Positions 28,180-37,522 are shown, counted from the stretch's first letter. The stretch is DNA of 45,470 bases from Parcubacteria bacterium C7867-002 (GCA_001189105.1 LFCL01000020.1:1-45470), one strand, 5' to 3'. Program-made: numbers and translations. The notes: generated by a model not told the origin, from the sequence alone.

Positions 28180-28572
28180 CTATGAATAGGTGGCGTCTGC
28201 ATGTGAAGCCGCAGTGGCTCGCTTCTTATCGTTGTTGAGTCGATACCAGGCATGTCGTAACTGGTGAGGCTCTACGAGTGAGGTGGAAATATCCCGTTCG
28301 ATTTTATGGCAGGCTACCAATTGCTGCAGAAGTTTTTGGTATTCTGTGTACGAGAGGTCGATCCCTTTGTTCTTGAAGGAATGAAAGAGCTCAACTTCAT
28401 CTTTCCATTCATGCTCGGACATTACTTCCTTGCGCATGAGATGGGCCTGCCACAGTCTGTAGTGTTTGAATGCACGAAGTATGAATAACCCTATTACCAG
28501 CAATCCGAAAGGAAGCAGAATAAGGAACAGGTTGAGTGGTGTCATAAAGAGCGCTGTGGGGAATCGTAGCAT
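28180..28572 (-). CDS. N-terminal TM plus winged-helix-like protein
   Basis: TM then ...LSYTEYQKLLQQLVACHKIER...WYRL. Confidence 0.6.
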   Translation of the reverse strand: MLRFPTALFMTPLNLFLILLPFGLLVIGLFILRAFKHYRLWQAHLMRKEVMSEHEWKDEVELFHSFKNKGIDLSYTEYQKLLQQLVACHKIERDISTSLVEPHQLRHAWYRLNNDKKRATAASHADATYS

Positions 28573-28601
28573 TAAAGAGGCGAGAAGGGTATGATTTTGT
28601 C

Positions 28602-29120
28602 ATGGCATATTGGTTACTCAAATCCGAAGGCAGTTGTTACTCTATCGACGATTTGGCTCGGGATAAACGCACTGCCTGGACAGGAATTCGCAATTTTCAA
28701 GCCCGTAACTACATGCGTGATGGTATGAATGTGGGTGATCAGGCTTTCTTCTATCACTCGAGTGGTACTCCACGAGATCCTTCAGGTATATATGGTATTG
28801 CACAGATTGTCGGCATGGCACATATCGATGAAACTGCTCTTGATCCGAAAGATGAACACTATGATGCAGAGATGGCGAAAGCATACAAAGAAATAAACCA
28901 GGGGCCTGTCCCGCGAAGTCCTGAGCTTGCGAAGGGCATAGTGGGATGGGTTGCAGTCGATATAGATTTTGTAAAAAAGTTTGATACACCAATCCTGCTG
29001 GCCGATCTCAAAAGAGATGCTGCATTGTCTCAGATGTTGGTTTTGCAGCGAGGTCAGAGGTTGAGTGTGATGCCGGTGACGGAAGAAGAGTGGGGGAGGG
29101 TTTTGGAAATTAAAAAATAA
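28602..29120 (+). CDS. EVE domain protein
   Basis: YWLLKSE, WTGIRNFQARNYMR, GDQAFFYHS, RLSVMPV. Confidence 0.93.
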   Translation: MAYWLLKSEGSCYSIDDLARDKRTAWTGIRNFQARNYMRDGMNVGDQAFFYHSSGTPRDPSGIYGIAQIVGMAHIDETALDPKDEHYDAEMAKAYKEINQGPVPRSPELAKGIVGWVAVDIDFVKKFDTPILLADLKRDAALSQMLVLQRGQRLSVMPVTEEEWGRVLEIKK

Positions 29121-29144
29121 ATAGACCTGCTATACTCCTAGCAT

Positions 29145-30899
29145 ATGACCCAATCTTCCGCTTTGTCGTTGCTCAAAACGGGTGCCAACATGTTCATCAC
29201 CGGACCAGCGGGGAGTGGTAAGACGCATTTGATTAATGAATATATAAAGTACTTGCAGGAACATGGGGTTTCGGTTGGGATCACGGCGTCGACAGGGATT
29301 GCGGCAACACATATGGGCGGGGTGACGATTCATTCATGGTCTGGAATGGGAATTCGTAATAATTTTGATGACCGTGATTTGGAAGAATTGGCGGAAAAGG
29401 GGTATGTGGCGAACCGCATCAAAGATACTGCAGTCCTCATCATCGACGAGGTTTCGATGCTGCACCACTTTCGTTTGGATACACTCAATGCGATTACGAA
29501 ACATATTCGCAAAAACGATATGCCGTTTGGGGGATTGCAGGTAGTGTTATGTGGTGATTTTTTTCAGTTACCACCAGTTTCGAAATATGGAGAGCCGGAT
29601 ACGCATTTTATATATCGTTCAGAAGCATGGAAAGAAGGGAAATTCGCCGTCTGTTATTTGTCCGAGAACTATCGTCAAAAAGATGACGCTCATCTCTCTA
29701 TTCTCAATGAGATTCGTTCAGGTGAAGTCTCCGATGGTGCACGTGAAGAATTAAAAAATCGCTATAACAAACGTACGTTGACCACGATTGTTCCGACACG
29801 TCTTTATACACATAACGCCGATGTTGATGCGGTTAATGATATTGAGTTGGGTAAAGTCAGTGGTCCTGAAACCATATATGAGATGAGTTCCAAAGGGAAA
29901 AAGCCACTAGTCGAGGCCCTGAAGAAATCTTGTTTGGCACCAGAGATGTTGCGCTTACGCAAAGGGGCACACGTAATGTGTGTGAAGAATAATTTTGATA
30001 AAGGATATGTGAATGGAACACTCGGCACAATCGTCTCCTGTGGTTTTGGTGTAGACCCTGTCATTCATACGGCACCGACTCCAGAATTTCCGCAGGGCAG
30101 GAGAGTAACGATCGAATCGGCCAGTTGGAAAATTGAAGACGATGGACGGGTCCTTGCAGAGATTAATCAGTATCCATTACGGTTAGCCTGGGCAATCACC
30201 GTGCACAAAAGTCAGGGTATGAGTTTGGATGCGATCGAAGTCGATCTCTCGAAATCATTTGAACCGGGTATGGGATATGTGGCACTTTCTCGTGTTCGTA
30301 CATTGAATGGCCTTACTATTTTAGGAATAAATGAAGCGGCACTGCAGGTGCATCCTGAGGTGTTGGAATACGATCGTCACTTGCGTCAGTTATCAGAAAA
30401 AGCTGAGGCGGTTTTGGCGGGTACTGATAATTCTGATATTCAAAAAGCCCAGGATGAATTTTTGGCAAAAGTTGCTCCACTGTATTCGATGGGTAAGGGA
30501 AAAAAGAAAAAACGTCTGGGAATAGAAAAGGTTTCAACGTATGCAAAAACTGCCAAGCTTGTTCGTAGTCGCGTTTCACTCGGTGAGATGGCTAATGAAC
30601 GTGAGATGACAGTAGAGACGATCATCGCTCATCTTGAACAGTTGGTAGGAAGTGTGGATGAAAGCGAAAAGCTCTCGACGAAAGACATTGAATATTTAAA
30701 ATATGAAATTTCCTCACAACATTTTGGAAAAATTCAAAAAGCCTTGGAAGAGGTGTCGTTGAAACAGAAAGATGGTAAGCCACCCCTACTTTCATCGGTC
30801 AAAAGTAAGGTTCCGGCTAACATTACGTTTAAAGATATACGACTAGCGCGAGTGTTGTTGGGGTATATAGGGAAAGAACACGCATCTTCAGGGGAGTAG
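29145..30899 (+). CDS. PIF1-family SF1B helicase with C-terminal HTH
   Basis: GPAGSGKT, DEVSM, GDFFQLPPV, LAWAITVHKSQGMSLD, YVALSRVR. Confidence 0.95.
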   Translation: MTQSSALSLLKTGANMFITGPAGSGKTHLINEYIKYLQEHGVSVGITASTGIAATHMGGVTIHSWSGMGIRNNFDDRDLEELAEKGYVANRIKDTAVLIIDEVSMLHHFRLDTLNAITKHIRKNDMPFGGLQVVLCGDFFQLPPVSKYGEPDTHFIYRSEAWKEGKFAVCYLSENYRQKDDAHLSILNEIRSGEVSDGAREELKNRYNKRTLTTIVPTRLYTHNADVDAVNDIELGKVSGPETIYEMSSKGKKPLVEALKKSCLAPEMLRLRKGAHVMCVKNNFDKGYVNGTLGTIVSCGFGVDPVIHTAPTPEFPQGRRVTIESASWKIEDDGRVLAEINQYPLRLAWAITVHKSQGMSLDAIEVDLSKSFEPGMGYVALSRVRTLNGLTILGINEAALQVHPEVLEYDRHLRQLSEKAEAVLAGTDNSDIQKAQDEFLAKVAPLYSMGKGKKKKRLGIEKVSTYAKTAKLVRSRVSLGEMANEREMTVETIIAHLEQLVGSVDESEKLSTKDIEYLKYEISSQHFGKIQKALEEVSLKQKDGKPPLLSSVKSKVPANITFKDIRLARVLLGYIGKEHASSGE

Positions 30900-30953
30900 T
30901 TATAATAAAAAAGCGCAACCGAAGTTGCGCTATGAATACGTGAATTCTTGTTA

Positions 30954-31315
30954 CTAGGGAGTCTTACTAGACTCTTGAAACCGTGGTAGAAGGTGTTCGT
31001 AGGTGATATCCATGCTGTCCAAAATTTTTGCAGCGTCACTGTGACCTTCTTTGAGGATACCCAATAACAGCGCTTCTGCATTGATGCTGTGGCGTCTCGT
31101 CAGTGGTAGACACTCCTGTGCCAGAGGTCGTGAATTGCTAGAGCGTTAAAACCGAAGAGGTCCTTGAAGTGAGTTTCTGTCTCTGGGTGATGACAGATTG
31201 CCAAGAGCAGGTGCTCAACACCGAAATAATTGAAACCCATTTGCAAAGCAATTTCCTCTGCCATTTCAATGATTCGAGCGCCAGCGGGGGTGTATAATGA
31301 TTTGTCGAAGTCCAT
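30954..31315 (-). pseudogene. stand-alone Clp N-terminal double-repeat protein with internal deletion/frameshift
   Basis: Repeat 1 YTPAGARIIEMAEEIA...GVEHLLLAI; the -1 frame gives repeat 2 LAQEC...INAEALLLGILKEGHSDAAKILDSMDI...TP*. Confidence 0.65.
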
Positions 31316-31440
31316 TCGTATATCCTTGTTTTTTTGTTGAGGTTATTCATGTGTCACATTAAAACATTAATTGTATATAGTCAAGTAGTGGTAGGTGAGC
31401 TCCATATCAGGTATCTCCGAAGGTAAGCCTTGGGGGAGAT

Positions 31441-31469
31441 TTGACTCTCAATCCACTATCTGCTACTAT
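31441..31469 (+). promoter_or_regulatory. sigma70 promoter of the rpsN-secY block
   Basis: TTGACT-17bp-TACTAT with extended -10 TG. Confidence 0.75.
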
Positions 31470-31587
31470 CGTCCTTACCTCTCCAAATACCCAGTATTCG
31501 CGGAGTTATCGATTGGAAGTCGTAGATCCCGGGCGAAGCTCGGGACAAAGACTAACCAATCGTCGTTTCATTGTCCAAATTGCCCAT

Positions 31588-31773
31588 ATGGCGAAAACAT
31601 CAGTTATAGCTCGATCAAAGAAGACACCGAAATTCAAGTCGCGTGTAGTTCGACGCTGTTTCCGTTGCGGTCGTAAGCGTGGTTACATGCGAGATTTTGA
31701 TCTCTGCCGTATCTGTTTCCGCGAATTCGCCAATGAAGGAGTTATTCCAGGCATCAAGAAATCATCATGGTAA
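31588..31773 (+). CDS. rpsN: 30S ribosomal protein S14, zinc-binding type Z
   Basis: MAKTS start; CFRCGR...LCRICFRE; 61 aa. Confidence 0.97.
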   Translation: MAKTSVIARSKKTPKFKSRVVRRCFRCGRKRGYMRDFDLCRICFREFANEGVIPGIKKSSW

Positions 31774-32159
31774 CCGATCCTATTTCAGATTTGATCATCC
31801 GCATCAAGAACAGCAGTGCTGCTGGTAATCCAACCGTGGAAGTTTCGTATTCCAAGTTTGCGGAGAATATTGTTCATGCATTGAAAAAGGCTGGTTACCT
31901 CGAATCTGTCGAGAAGAAAGGCAAGCCATTCACTCGTAACATGGTTCTTGGTTTGGTCTATTTTGAAACAGGCCCACGTATTCACGGAGTCGAGCGCATT
32001 TCCAAGCCTTCACGCCGTATATACCAAAAGGCCAGTGATATCCGTATGTACCGCAGTGGTTTTGGTAACACATTTCTTTCTACACCAAAAGGCATCATGA
32101 TCGACGCCGAAGCAAAAAAGCACAAGGTCGGTGGCGAAGTTCTCTTCAAAATTTGGTAA
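31767..32159 (+). CDS. rpsH: 30S ribosomal protein S8
   Basis: [31 protein letters not shown]. Confidence 0.97.
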   Translation: MVTDPISDLIIRIKNSSAAGNPTVEVSYSKFAENIVHALKKAGYLESVEKKGKPFTRNMVLGLVYFETGPRIHGVERISKPSRRIYQKASDIRMYRSGFGNTFLSTPKGIMIDAEAKKHKVGGEVLFKIW

Positions 32160-32174
32160 CTTTTCAATACTTAT

Positions 32175-32708
32175 ATGTCACGACTTGCTAAAAAACCTAT
32201 TACTCTCCCCGAGAAAACCGAAGCAACTTATGTCGGAGGCATTTTTACCGTTAAAGGTCCTTTGGGAACTTTGAACAAGACATTTCGTCCTCACGTCAAC
32301 ATTGTGATCGAAGGTAGTTCAATCCAGCTCACTCCAGCTCGTGCATCTCTCGAAACAAAAGCTCTTATTGGTACATACGCTGCTCATATCAAGAATATGA
32401 TCAACGGTGTTAACAAGCCGTACGAAAAGAAGCTCATCATCGAAGGTATCGGTTTCAAGTCAGAAGTAAAGGGAACAGTCCTCAACATGGCTCTTGGTTT
32501 CTCTCACCCAGTCAATGTTCCGATCCCTTCAGATCTCAAGGTAACTGCTGAAAAGAACAACCTCACTATTTCAGGTATTGATCGCGAAAAGGTCGGTCAA
32601 TTCGCAGCACAGATCCGTGCCTTCAAGAAACCGGAACCATATCTTGGTAAGGGTATCCGTTATTCTGACGAAGTTATCCGCCGTAAGGAAGGCAAGAAAG
32701 CCGCATAA
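32175..32708 (+). CDS. rplF: 50S ribosomal protein L6
   Basis: VKGPLG, LGFSHPV, KPEPYLGKGIRY. Confidence 0.98.
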   Translation: MSRLAKKPITLPEKTEATYVGGIFTVKGPLGTLNKTFRPHVNIVIEGSSIQLTPARASLETKALIGTYAAHIKNMINGVNKPYEKKLIIEGIGFKSEVKGTVLNMALGFSHPVNVPIPSDLKVTAEKNNLTISGIDREKVGQFAAQIRAFKKPEPYLGKGIRYSDEVIRRKEGKKAA

Positions 32709-32713
32709 ACTAT

Positions 32714-33064
32714 ATGAGTAATCTTCAGAAAAAACAGTCCATATTTGCTCGCCGAAAGGCTCGTACTCGTGCCAAGATTGCTGGTACAGCAGAACGACCA
32801 CGTTTGTCGATCTTCAAGTCGCACAAATATTTGTACGCACAGATTATCGATGATACAAAGGGTCACACCTTGGTATCTGTAGATTCTCGTACTGCAAAAG
32901 GCAAGACACCTGTCGAAAAGGCACAGGATGTTGGACGCGAGATTGCCAAGAAGGCAAAAGCGGCTAATATAACAAAGATCGTCTTTGATCGCGGTGGTTA
33001 TTTGTACACCGGTAAGATCAAGATGGTTGCCGATGTGGCACGTGAAGGTGGACTCGAATTTTAA
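32714..33064 (+). CDS. rplR: 50S ribosomal protein L18
   Basis: RPRLSIFKS, YAQIIDD, FDRGGYLYTG. Confidence 0.98.
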   Translation: MSNLQKKQSIFARRKARTRAKIAGTAERPRLSIFKSHKYLYAQIIDDTKGHTLVSVDSRTAKGKTPVEKAQDVGREIAKKAKAANITKIVFDRGGYLYTGKIKMVADVAREGGLEF

Positions 33065-33071
33065 TACACAT

Positions 33072-33827
33072 ATGACAGACAAAGATACACAAAAGAATAT
33101 CGAAAATGAAACTGCAGCACCTATGGTCGATGCAGGTTCAGTTGAAGCCGCTATCGGAGCTGATGCTGCTGCATCGGCTCCACTAACGGCTGCAGCTCCA
33201 AACAAGCTCACGCCAGGACGCAAAATGCGTGGTGATACATCACGTCGCAGTGGTCGTCCAAGTGGTGCCCCAGGTTCAAATCAAGCAGGTAGTACCGGAG
33301 GACGTAATGCTGGCAGCAGACGCAGTGGAGGAGATTCTCGCGAGAGAGTGAAGCCAGAATTCGATTCAAAGATTATCGATATCCGTCGCGTAACTCGTGT
33401 TACATCCGGAGGACGTCGTATGAACTTCAGTGTTTCTGTTGTTGCTGGTGATCGCAAGGGTCGTGTTGGTGTTGGTTTGGGTAAAGGGATTGATACTGCT
33501 GGTGCAGTAGAAAAGGCGACTCGTGAGGCTCGCAAGAACGTCATCCGCGTTCCTTTGTCACCACAAATGACCATTCCTCATGCTGTTGAAGCAAAATACG
33601 CAAGTGCCCGCATTATGATTTTCCCAGCTCGCGGTCGCGGAGTTATTGCTGGATCTTCAGCACGTGCCGTTATCGAATTGGCAGGTATCAAGGATATTTG
33701 TGCCAAATTCCTTTCGGGCAGTAAGAATCCTCTCAACAATGCACGTGTTACCATCGCTGCTCTCAATAATCTCGTAAAGATTCCTCGTTCGTCTCTTCGT
33801 CGTAAAGAAGAGTCAAAAGGCGAATAA
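33072..33827 (+). CDS. rpsE: 30S ribosomal protein S5 with long low-complexity N-terminal extension
   Basis: RRVTRVTSGGRRMNF, GRVGVGLGK, GVIAG; ATG at 33072. Confidence 0.97.
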   Translation: MTDKDTQKNIENETAAPMVDAGSVEAAIGADAAASAPLTAAAPNKLTPGRKMRGDTSRRSGRPSGAPGSNQAGSTGGRNAGSRRSGGDSRERVKPEFDSKIIDIRRVTRVTSGGRRMNFSVSVVAGDRKGRVGVGLGKGIDTAGAVEKATREARKNVIRVPLSPQMTIPHAVEAKYASARIMIFPARGRGVIAGSSARAVIELAGIKDICAKFLSGSKNPLNNARVTIAALNNLVKIPRSSLRRKEESKGE

Positions 33828-33838
33828 TTTCCACTACT

Positions 33839-34345
33839 ATGCAAATCCACCAACTTAAACGAAAGACACCAAATACAAAGCGCATGATCGTTGCTCGTGG
33901 AGGCAAGCGTGGTAAGACTGCTGGTCGCGGAGGCAAGGGTCAAAGTGCTCGTGCTGGTAACAAGCGCCGTCCAGAATGGCGCGATATCATCAAGAGACTT
34001 CCGAAGCTCCGTGGACGCGGTGTTAACCAAAACAAATTCATTACCGAACGTGCAGTCGTTGTTGATTTGAGTGAGATTGAAAAGGTGTTTGCTGCAAAGG
34101 ATTTGGTTACTCCAACAACATTGGTTGAAAAGGGTATTGTCTCTACCATGTCAGGACGTATTCCTCCGATCAAAATTCTCGCAAATGGTGAATTGACCAA
34201 AGCGGTCAATGTGTCAGGTTGTTTTATTTCAGGATCCGCCAAGGCCCTCGTTGAAAAGGCTGGCGGTTCAGTAGAAAGTATCATTCCCGTTATCACTCAA
34301 AAAGCAGCTCCGGTCAAAGTCACAGCAGCCACCAAGAAATCCTAA
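33839..34345 (+). CDS. rplO: 50S ribosomal protein L15
   Basis: GKTAGRGGKGQSARAG, LPKLRG, IKILANG. Confidence 0.97.
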   Translation: MQIHQLKRKTPNTKRMIVARGGKRGKTAGRGGKGQSARAGNKRRPEWRDIIKRLPKLRGRGVNQNKFITERAVVVDLSEIEKVFAAKDLVTPTTLVEKGIVSTMSGRIPPIKILANGELTKAVNVSGCFISGSAKALVEKAGGSVESIIPVITQKAAPVKVTAATKKS

Positions 34346-34381
34346 TACGTGGTATTATCAATGCTATTAATGTAGCTTCCG

Positions 34382-35653
34382 ATGAACACCTTTATCCAAA
34401 AAGCCATCACTGTCTTTCGAGATCAAACTATGCGCAAGCGCATTGGTTTCACTGTCTTAGCATTGATCCTCTTCCGTGCACTTGCCGCTATTCCAATCCC
34501 TGGTGTTGACTCTGTCAGTCTTCAGGCTCTTTTGAATTCAAGTCAATTTTTCGGTTTTCTGAACATTTTTTCTGGAGGAGGACTTTCAAACCTCTCTATT
34601 GTTATGTTGGGCGTCGGTCCATTTATTACAGCATCTATCGTGATTCAGCTTTTGACTATGATGTTTCCAAAGTGGAAAGCGATGCTTCATGATGAAGGTG
34701 AAGCAGGACGCATGAAACTTTCGAACTATTCACGTCTTTTGTCTGTTCCTTTGGCACTTATTTCGTCTGTTGGATTCCTTTCACTCTTGCAGTCCCAGAA
34801 CGTATTGCCACAAATCACTACCTTCGATTTTGCTTTGAACGTTATTATCGTGTCTGCCGGCTCAATCCTCTTGATGTGGATCGGTGAGCTTATCTCTGAG
34901 TTTGGTATCGGTAACGGCGTATCACTCATCATCTTTGCAGGTATCGTAGCGGTATTACCTTCAAACGTTACTCAATTCTTGGCAGCATACAATCCTACAG
35001 ATATTCCTGTATACCTCATCGCTCTTCTTATCGGTATTATCGTTATTGCAGGGGTAGTCTTTGTCACCGAAGCAGAACGTTCTGTGCCAGTGACCTATGC
35101 CAAACAAGTTCGTGGCAACAAAGTATACGGAGGTGCTTCTACCTATCTTCCATTACGCCTCAACCAAGCTGGAGTTATTCCAATCATCTTCGCACTCTCT
35201 ATTCTTTTGTTTCCTCAAATTATTTCGACCGCCCTTTCGAAGGTTTCTATCGTTTGGCTTGCTGATTTTGCAGCAGCAACGACAGTTTTCCTCAATAACC
35301 CATGGGTACACGGCATTGCATACTTCGTACTCGTTGTGTTGTTTACGTACTTCTACACAGCAGTTACCTTCGATCCAAAGCTCATCTCAGAAAACCTCCA
35401 GCGTGCCGGTGCATTCATCCCTGGTGTTCGTCCAGGTGAGCACACCCGTGATCATCTCGCAGCTATCGTTACACGCATCACGCTCGTAGGTGCACTCTTC
35501 TTGGGTACAATCGCTATTCTTCCGTTGCTTATGCAAGCATTCACCGCCAATCAGAATCTCGCTATCGGTGGAACCGCATTACTCATCGTAGTTTCTGTAG
35601 TTCTCGATCTCCTCAAGAAAATCGATGCGCAAGTAGCAATGAGAGAGTACTAG
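34382..35653 (+). CDS. secY: preprotein translocase SecY
   Basis: LGVGPFITASI, GIGNGVSLIIFAGI, AGVIPIIFA, FIPGVRPG. Confidence 0.99.
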   Translation: MNTFIQKAITVFRDQTMRKRIGFTVLALILFRALAAIPIPGVDSVSLQALLNSSQFFGFLNIFSGGGLSNLSIVMLGVGPFITASIVIQLLTMMFPKWKAMLHDEGEAGRMKLSNYSRLLSVPLALISSVGFLSLLQSQNVLPQITTFDFALNVIIVSAGSILLMWIGELISEFGIGNGVSLIIFAGIVAVLPSNVTQFLAAYNPTDIPVYLIALLIGIIVIAGVVFVTEAERSVPVTYAKQVRGNKVYGGASTYLPLRLNQAGVIPIIFALSILLFPQIISTALSKVSIVWLADFAAATTVFLNNPWVHGIAYFVLVVLFTYFYTAVTFDPKLISENLQRAGAFIPGVRPGEHTRDHLAAIVTRITLVGALFLGTIAILPLLMQAFTANQNLAIGGTALLIVVSVVLDLLKKIDAQVAMREY

Positions 35654-35671
35654 GTTATTTTCGGTAGATAG

Positions 35672-35705
35672 AAAAAAGCCTCTTCGCAGTCGCGAGGAGG
35701 CTTTT
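35672..35705. terminator. bidirectional terminator after secY
   Basis: AAAAGCCTCTTCGC/GCGAGGAGGCTTTT. Confidence 0.8.
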
Positions 35706-35723
35706 GTGTATAGATCGTTGATG

Positions 35724-35936
35724 TTACTGGTTCATCAGTTGCCTGATTACCTGGATGACACCAATGAAAAAAAGAAGAGCTGTTGCCCATGAGATGAGCC
35801 CGGCCCATCGTACATTGAGGTAATAAAATAACCAACCTCCTCCTGCAGATATCGCTGCGCATGCAAGGAGACAGACAGGTAACAAGGGTGACATATGATC
35901 CTTTGGTTGAGGTGTAGACTGCACATATAGTAGCAT
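35724..35936 (-). CDS. small two-TM membrane protein
   Basis: Two hydrophobic helices; start uncertain (35936 or 35894). Confidence 0.5.
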   Translation of the reverse strand: MLLYVQSTPQPKDHMSPLLPVCLLACAAISAGGGWLFYYLNVRWAGLISWATALLFFIGVIQVIRQLMNQ

Positions 35937-35990
35937 GCATGTCTCTGTATTTGTATCGTCGAAAAGTCTATTTTGGTATATACTATCGAA

Positions 35991-36590
35991 ATGAAACCTC
36001 ATCCTTTTATTTTTATCGGACGTGCAGGAGCAGGAAAGGGAACCCAGGCAAAACTATTGGAGGTACAACTTAAAAATCTTCACGATCGCGCTGTTCTCCA
36101 TGTAGAGACGGGTGCTGAGTTTAGAAATTTTTTGAAGACCGAAGGGTATACTGCCGGTTTGGCCAAAACCATCATCGAAAGTGGAGGTCTCATGCCCGAG
36201 TTTATGCCGGTCTATATGTGGGGTAAATTATTGACCGAAAAATACACCGGTGAAGAATATCTCATTTTTGACGGTACTCCCCGTAAACTTCTCGAAGCGG
36301 AACTGCTCGGATCTATATTTCCTTTTTATGGTTTACAAAATCCTTTTGTCATATATCTCGATATTGAACATGAGGAATCTTCAAAACGGCTTACTATTCG
36401 TGCCAAAGAGGGTCGTCGTGATGACACTGCCGAAGCTATTGAACGCCGTCGCATCGCCTTTGAAGCCGATGTGAAGCCGGTGGTTGAATGGTACCGCACG
36501 AATCCGAACGTCACTTTTTTGGATATCGATGGTCACGGTACGATCGAAGAGGTTCATGCCCGTATTGTGAAAAATCTGGGGCTGAGCTAG
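35991..36590 (+). CDS. adk: adenylate kinase (short LID type)
   Basis: GRAGAGKGTQA, FDGTPR, RRDD; position after secY. Confidence 0.9.
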   Translation: MKPHPFIFIGRAGAGKGTQAKLLEVQLKNLHDRAVLHVETGAEFRNFLKTEGYTAGLAKTIIESGGLMPEFMPVYMWGKLLTEKYTGEEYLIFDGTPRKLLEAELLGSIFPFYGLQNPFVIYLDIEHEESSKRLTIRAKEGRRDDTAEAIERRRIAFEADVKPVVEWYRTNPNVTFLDIDGHGTIEEVHARIVKNLGLS

Positions 36591-36596
36591 TGTGTA

Positions 36597-37370
36597 ATGA
36601 TGATTACGATCAAGACCAAGGAAGATATCGCAATTCTGCGTGAAGGGGGAGCCCGACATGCGGTTATTTTGCGTGAATTGGTCTCGATGGTACGCCCGGG
36701 AATCTCGGCCTCTGAACTCAATGATCGCGCTGCACAGCGTATCGCCGAAGGTGGAGATCGTGCGGCTTTTCTGAATTACCATCCATATGGAGCAAAAAGA
36801 CCGTACCCTGCATCTGTGTGTGTTTCCGTAAATGATGAAATTGTTCACGGTATCCCCAATGAAACAGAAAAGATTTTGAAAGAAGGAGATATTGTAAGTA
36901 TTGATCTGGGGTTGGTGCACAAAGGTTTATTTACTGATATGGCGATTACGGTTGCAGTCGGTGAAGTTTCTCCGGAATTGAAGACGTTGCTTGCTGCGAC
37001 AAAAGAAGCATTGATGGCGGGCATTAAGGCTGCCAAAGGGGGTAAACGTATTGGAGATATCAGTGCTGCGATCGAACGTGTCGGTGTGGCTCATGGATAC
37101 GGTATTGTTCAAGAACTGTCTGGTCACGGTGTTGGTTACGATGTGCATGAAGATCCCTATGTCCCAAATTACGGACCGGCGGGTAAAGGTGAAGTTCTGC
37201 AGCCGGGAATGGTATTGGCGATTGAACCTATTTTTAATTTAGGAACACGGAAAATATATCTGGATAGTGATGGTCATACATATCGTACGGCTGATGGATC
37301 TCCTTCGGCGCATTTTGAGCATACGGTTGTAATTACAAAGGGTGGGGCGGAGATATTGACTCAGGGGTAG
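36597..37370 (+). CDS. map: methionine aminopeptidase type I
   Basis: SVNDEIVHGIP, DIVSIDLG, GHGVG, AIEP, SAHFEHT. Confidence 0.97.
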   Translation: MMITIKTKEDIAILREGGARHAVILRELVSMVRPGISASELNDRAAQRIAEGGDRAAFLNYHPYGAKRPYPASVCVSVNDEIVHGIPNETEKILKEGDIVSIDLGLVHKGLFTDMAITVAVGEVSPELKTLLAATKEALMAGIKAAKGGKRIGDISAAIERVGVAHGYGIVQELSGHGVGYDVHEDPYVPNYGPAGKGEVLQPGMVLAIEPIFNLGTRKIYLDSDGHTYRTADGSPSAHFEHTVVITKGGAEILTQG

Positions 37371-37372
37371 AA

Positions 37373-37522
37373 AGTCCAGCGAATTACATTTCTCAGTATG
37401 ACCGCAAGGTCGCCAACTCCAAATTACTACCCTATGTACTTCCAAGGCTTCAGTACATAGGGGTAATTTGTCGGGACTCGAATCGCATTGCGGTCATACT
37501 GAGAAATGTAATTCGCTGGACT
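37373..37522. repeat. 150-bp palindromic (MITE/REP-like) element with perfect 35-bp terminal inverted repeats
   Basis: 37373-37407 is the exact reverse complement of 37488-37522; inner stems CAAATTAC/GTAATTTG and CCTATGTACT/AGTACATAGG. Confidence 0.85.

Noticed and set aside
28602..30899. EVE plus PIF1 helicase as a two-gene defence system
   Set aside because: Each gene has its own -10 box, no nuclease is present, and both are common solitary genes
19113..31350. 12-kb insert as a prophage or integrative element
   Set aside because: No integrase, transposase, phage structural genes or flanking att repeats; content is housekeeping plus orphans
1929..35653. Numerous antisense or alternate-frame ORFs over r-protein, fusA, tuf and secY genes (e.g. 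10230-10997, 3720-4271, 32660-33223)
   Set aside because: Shadows of strongly biased coding sequence; no motifs or expression signals
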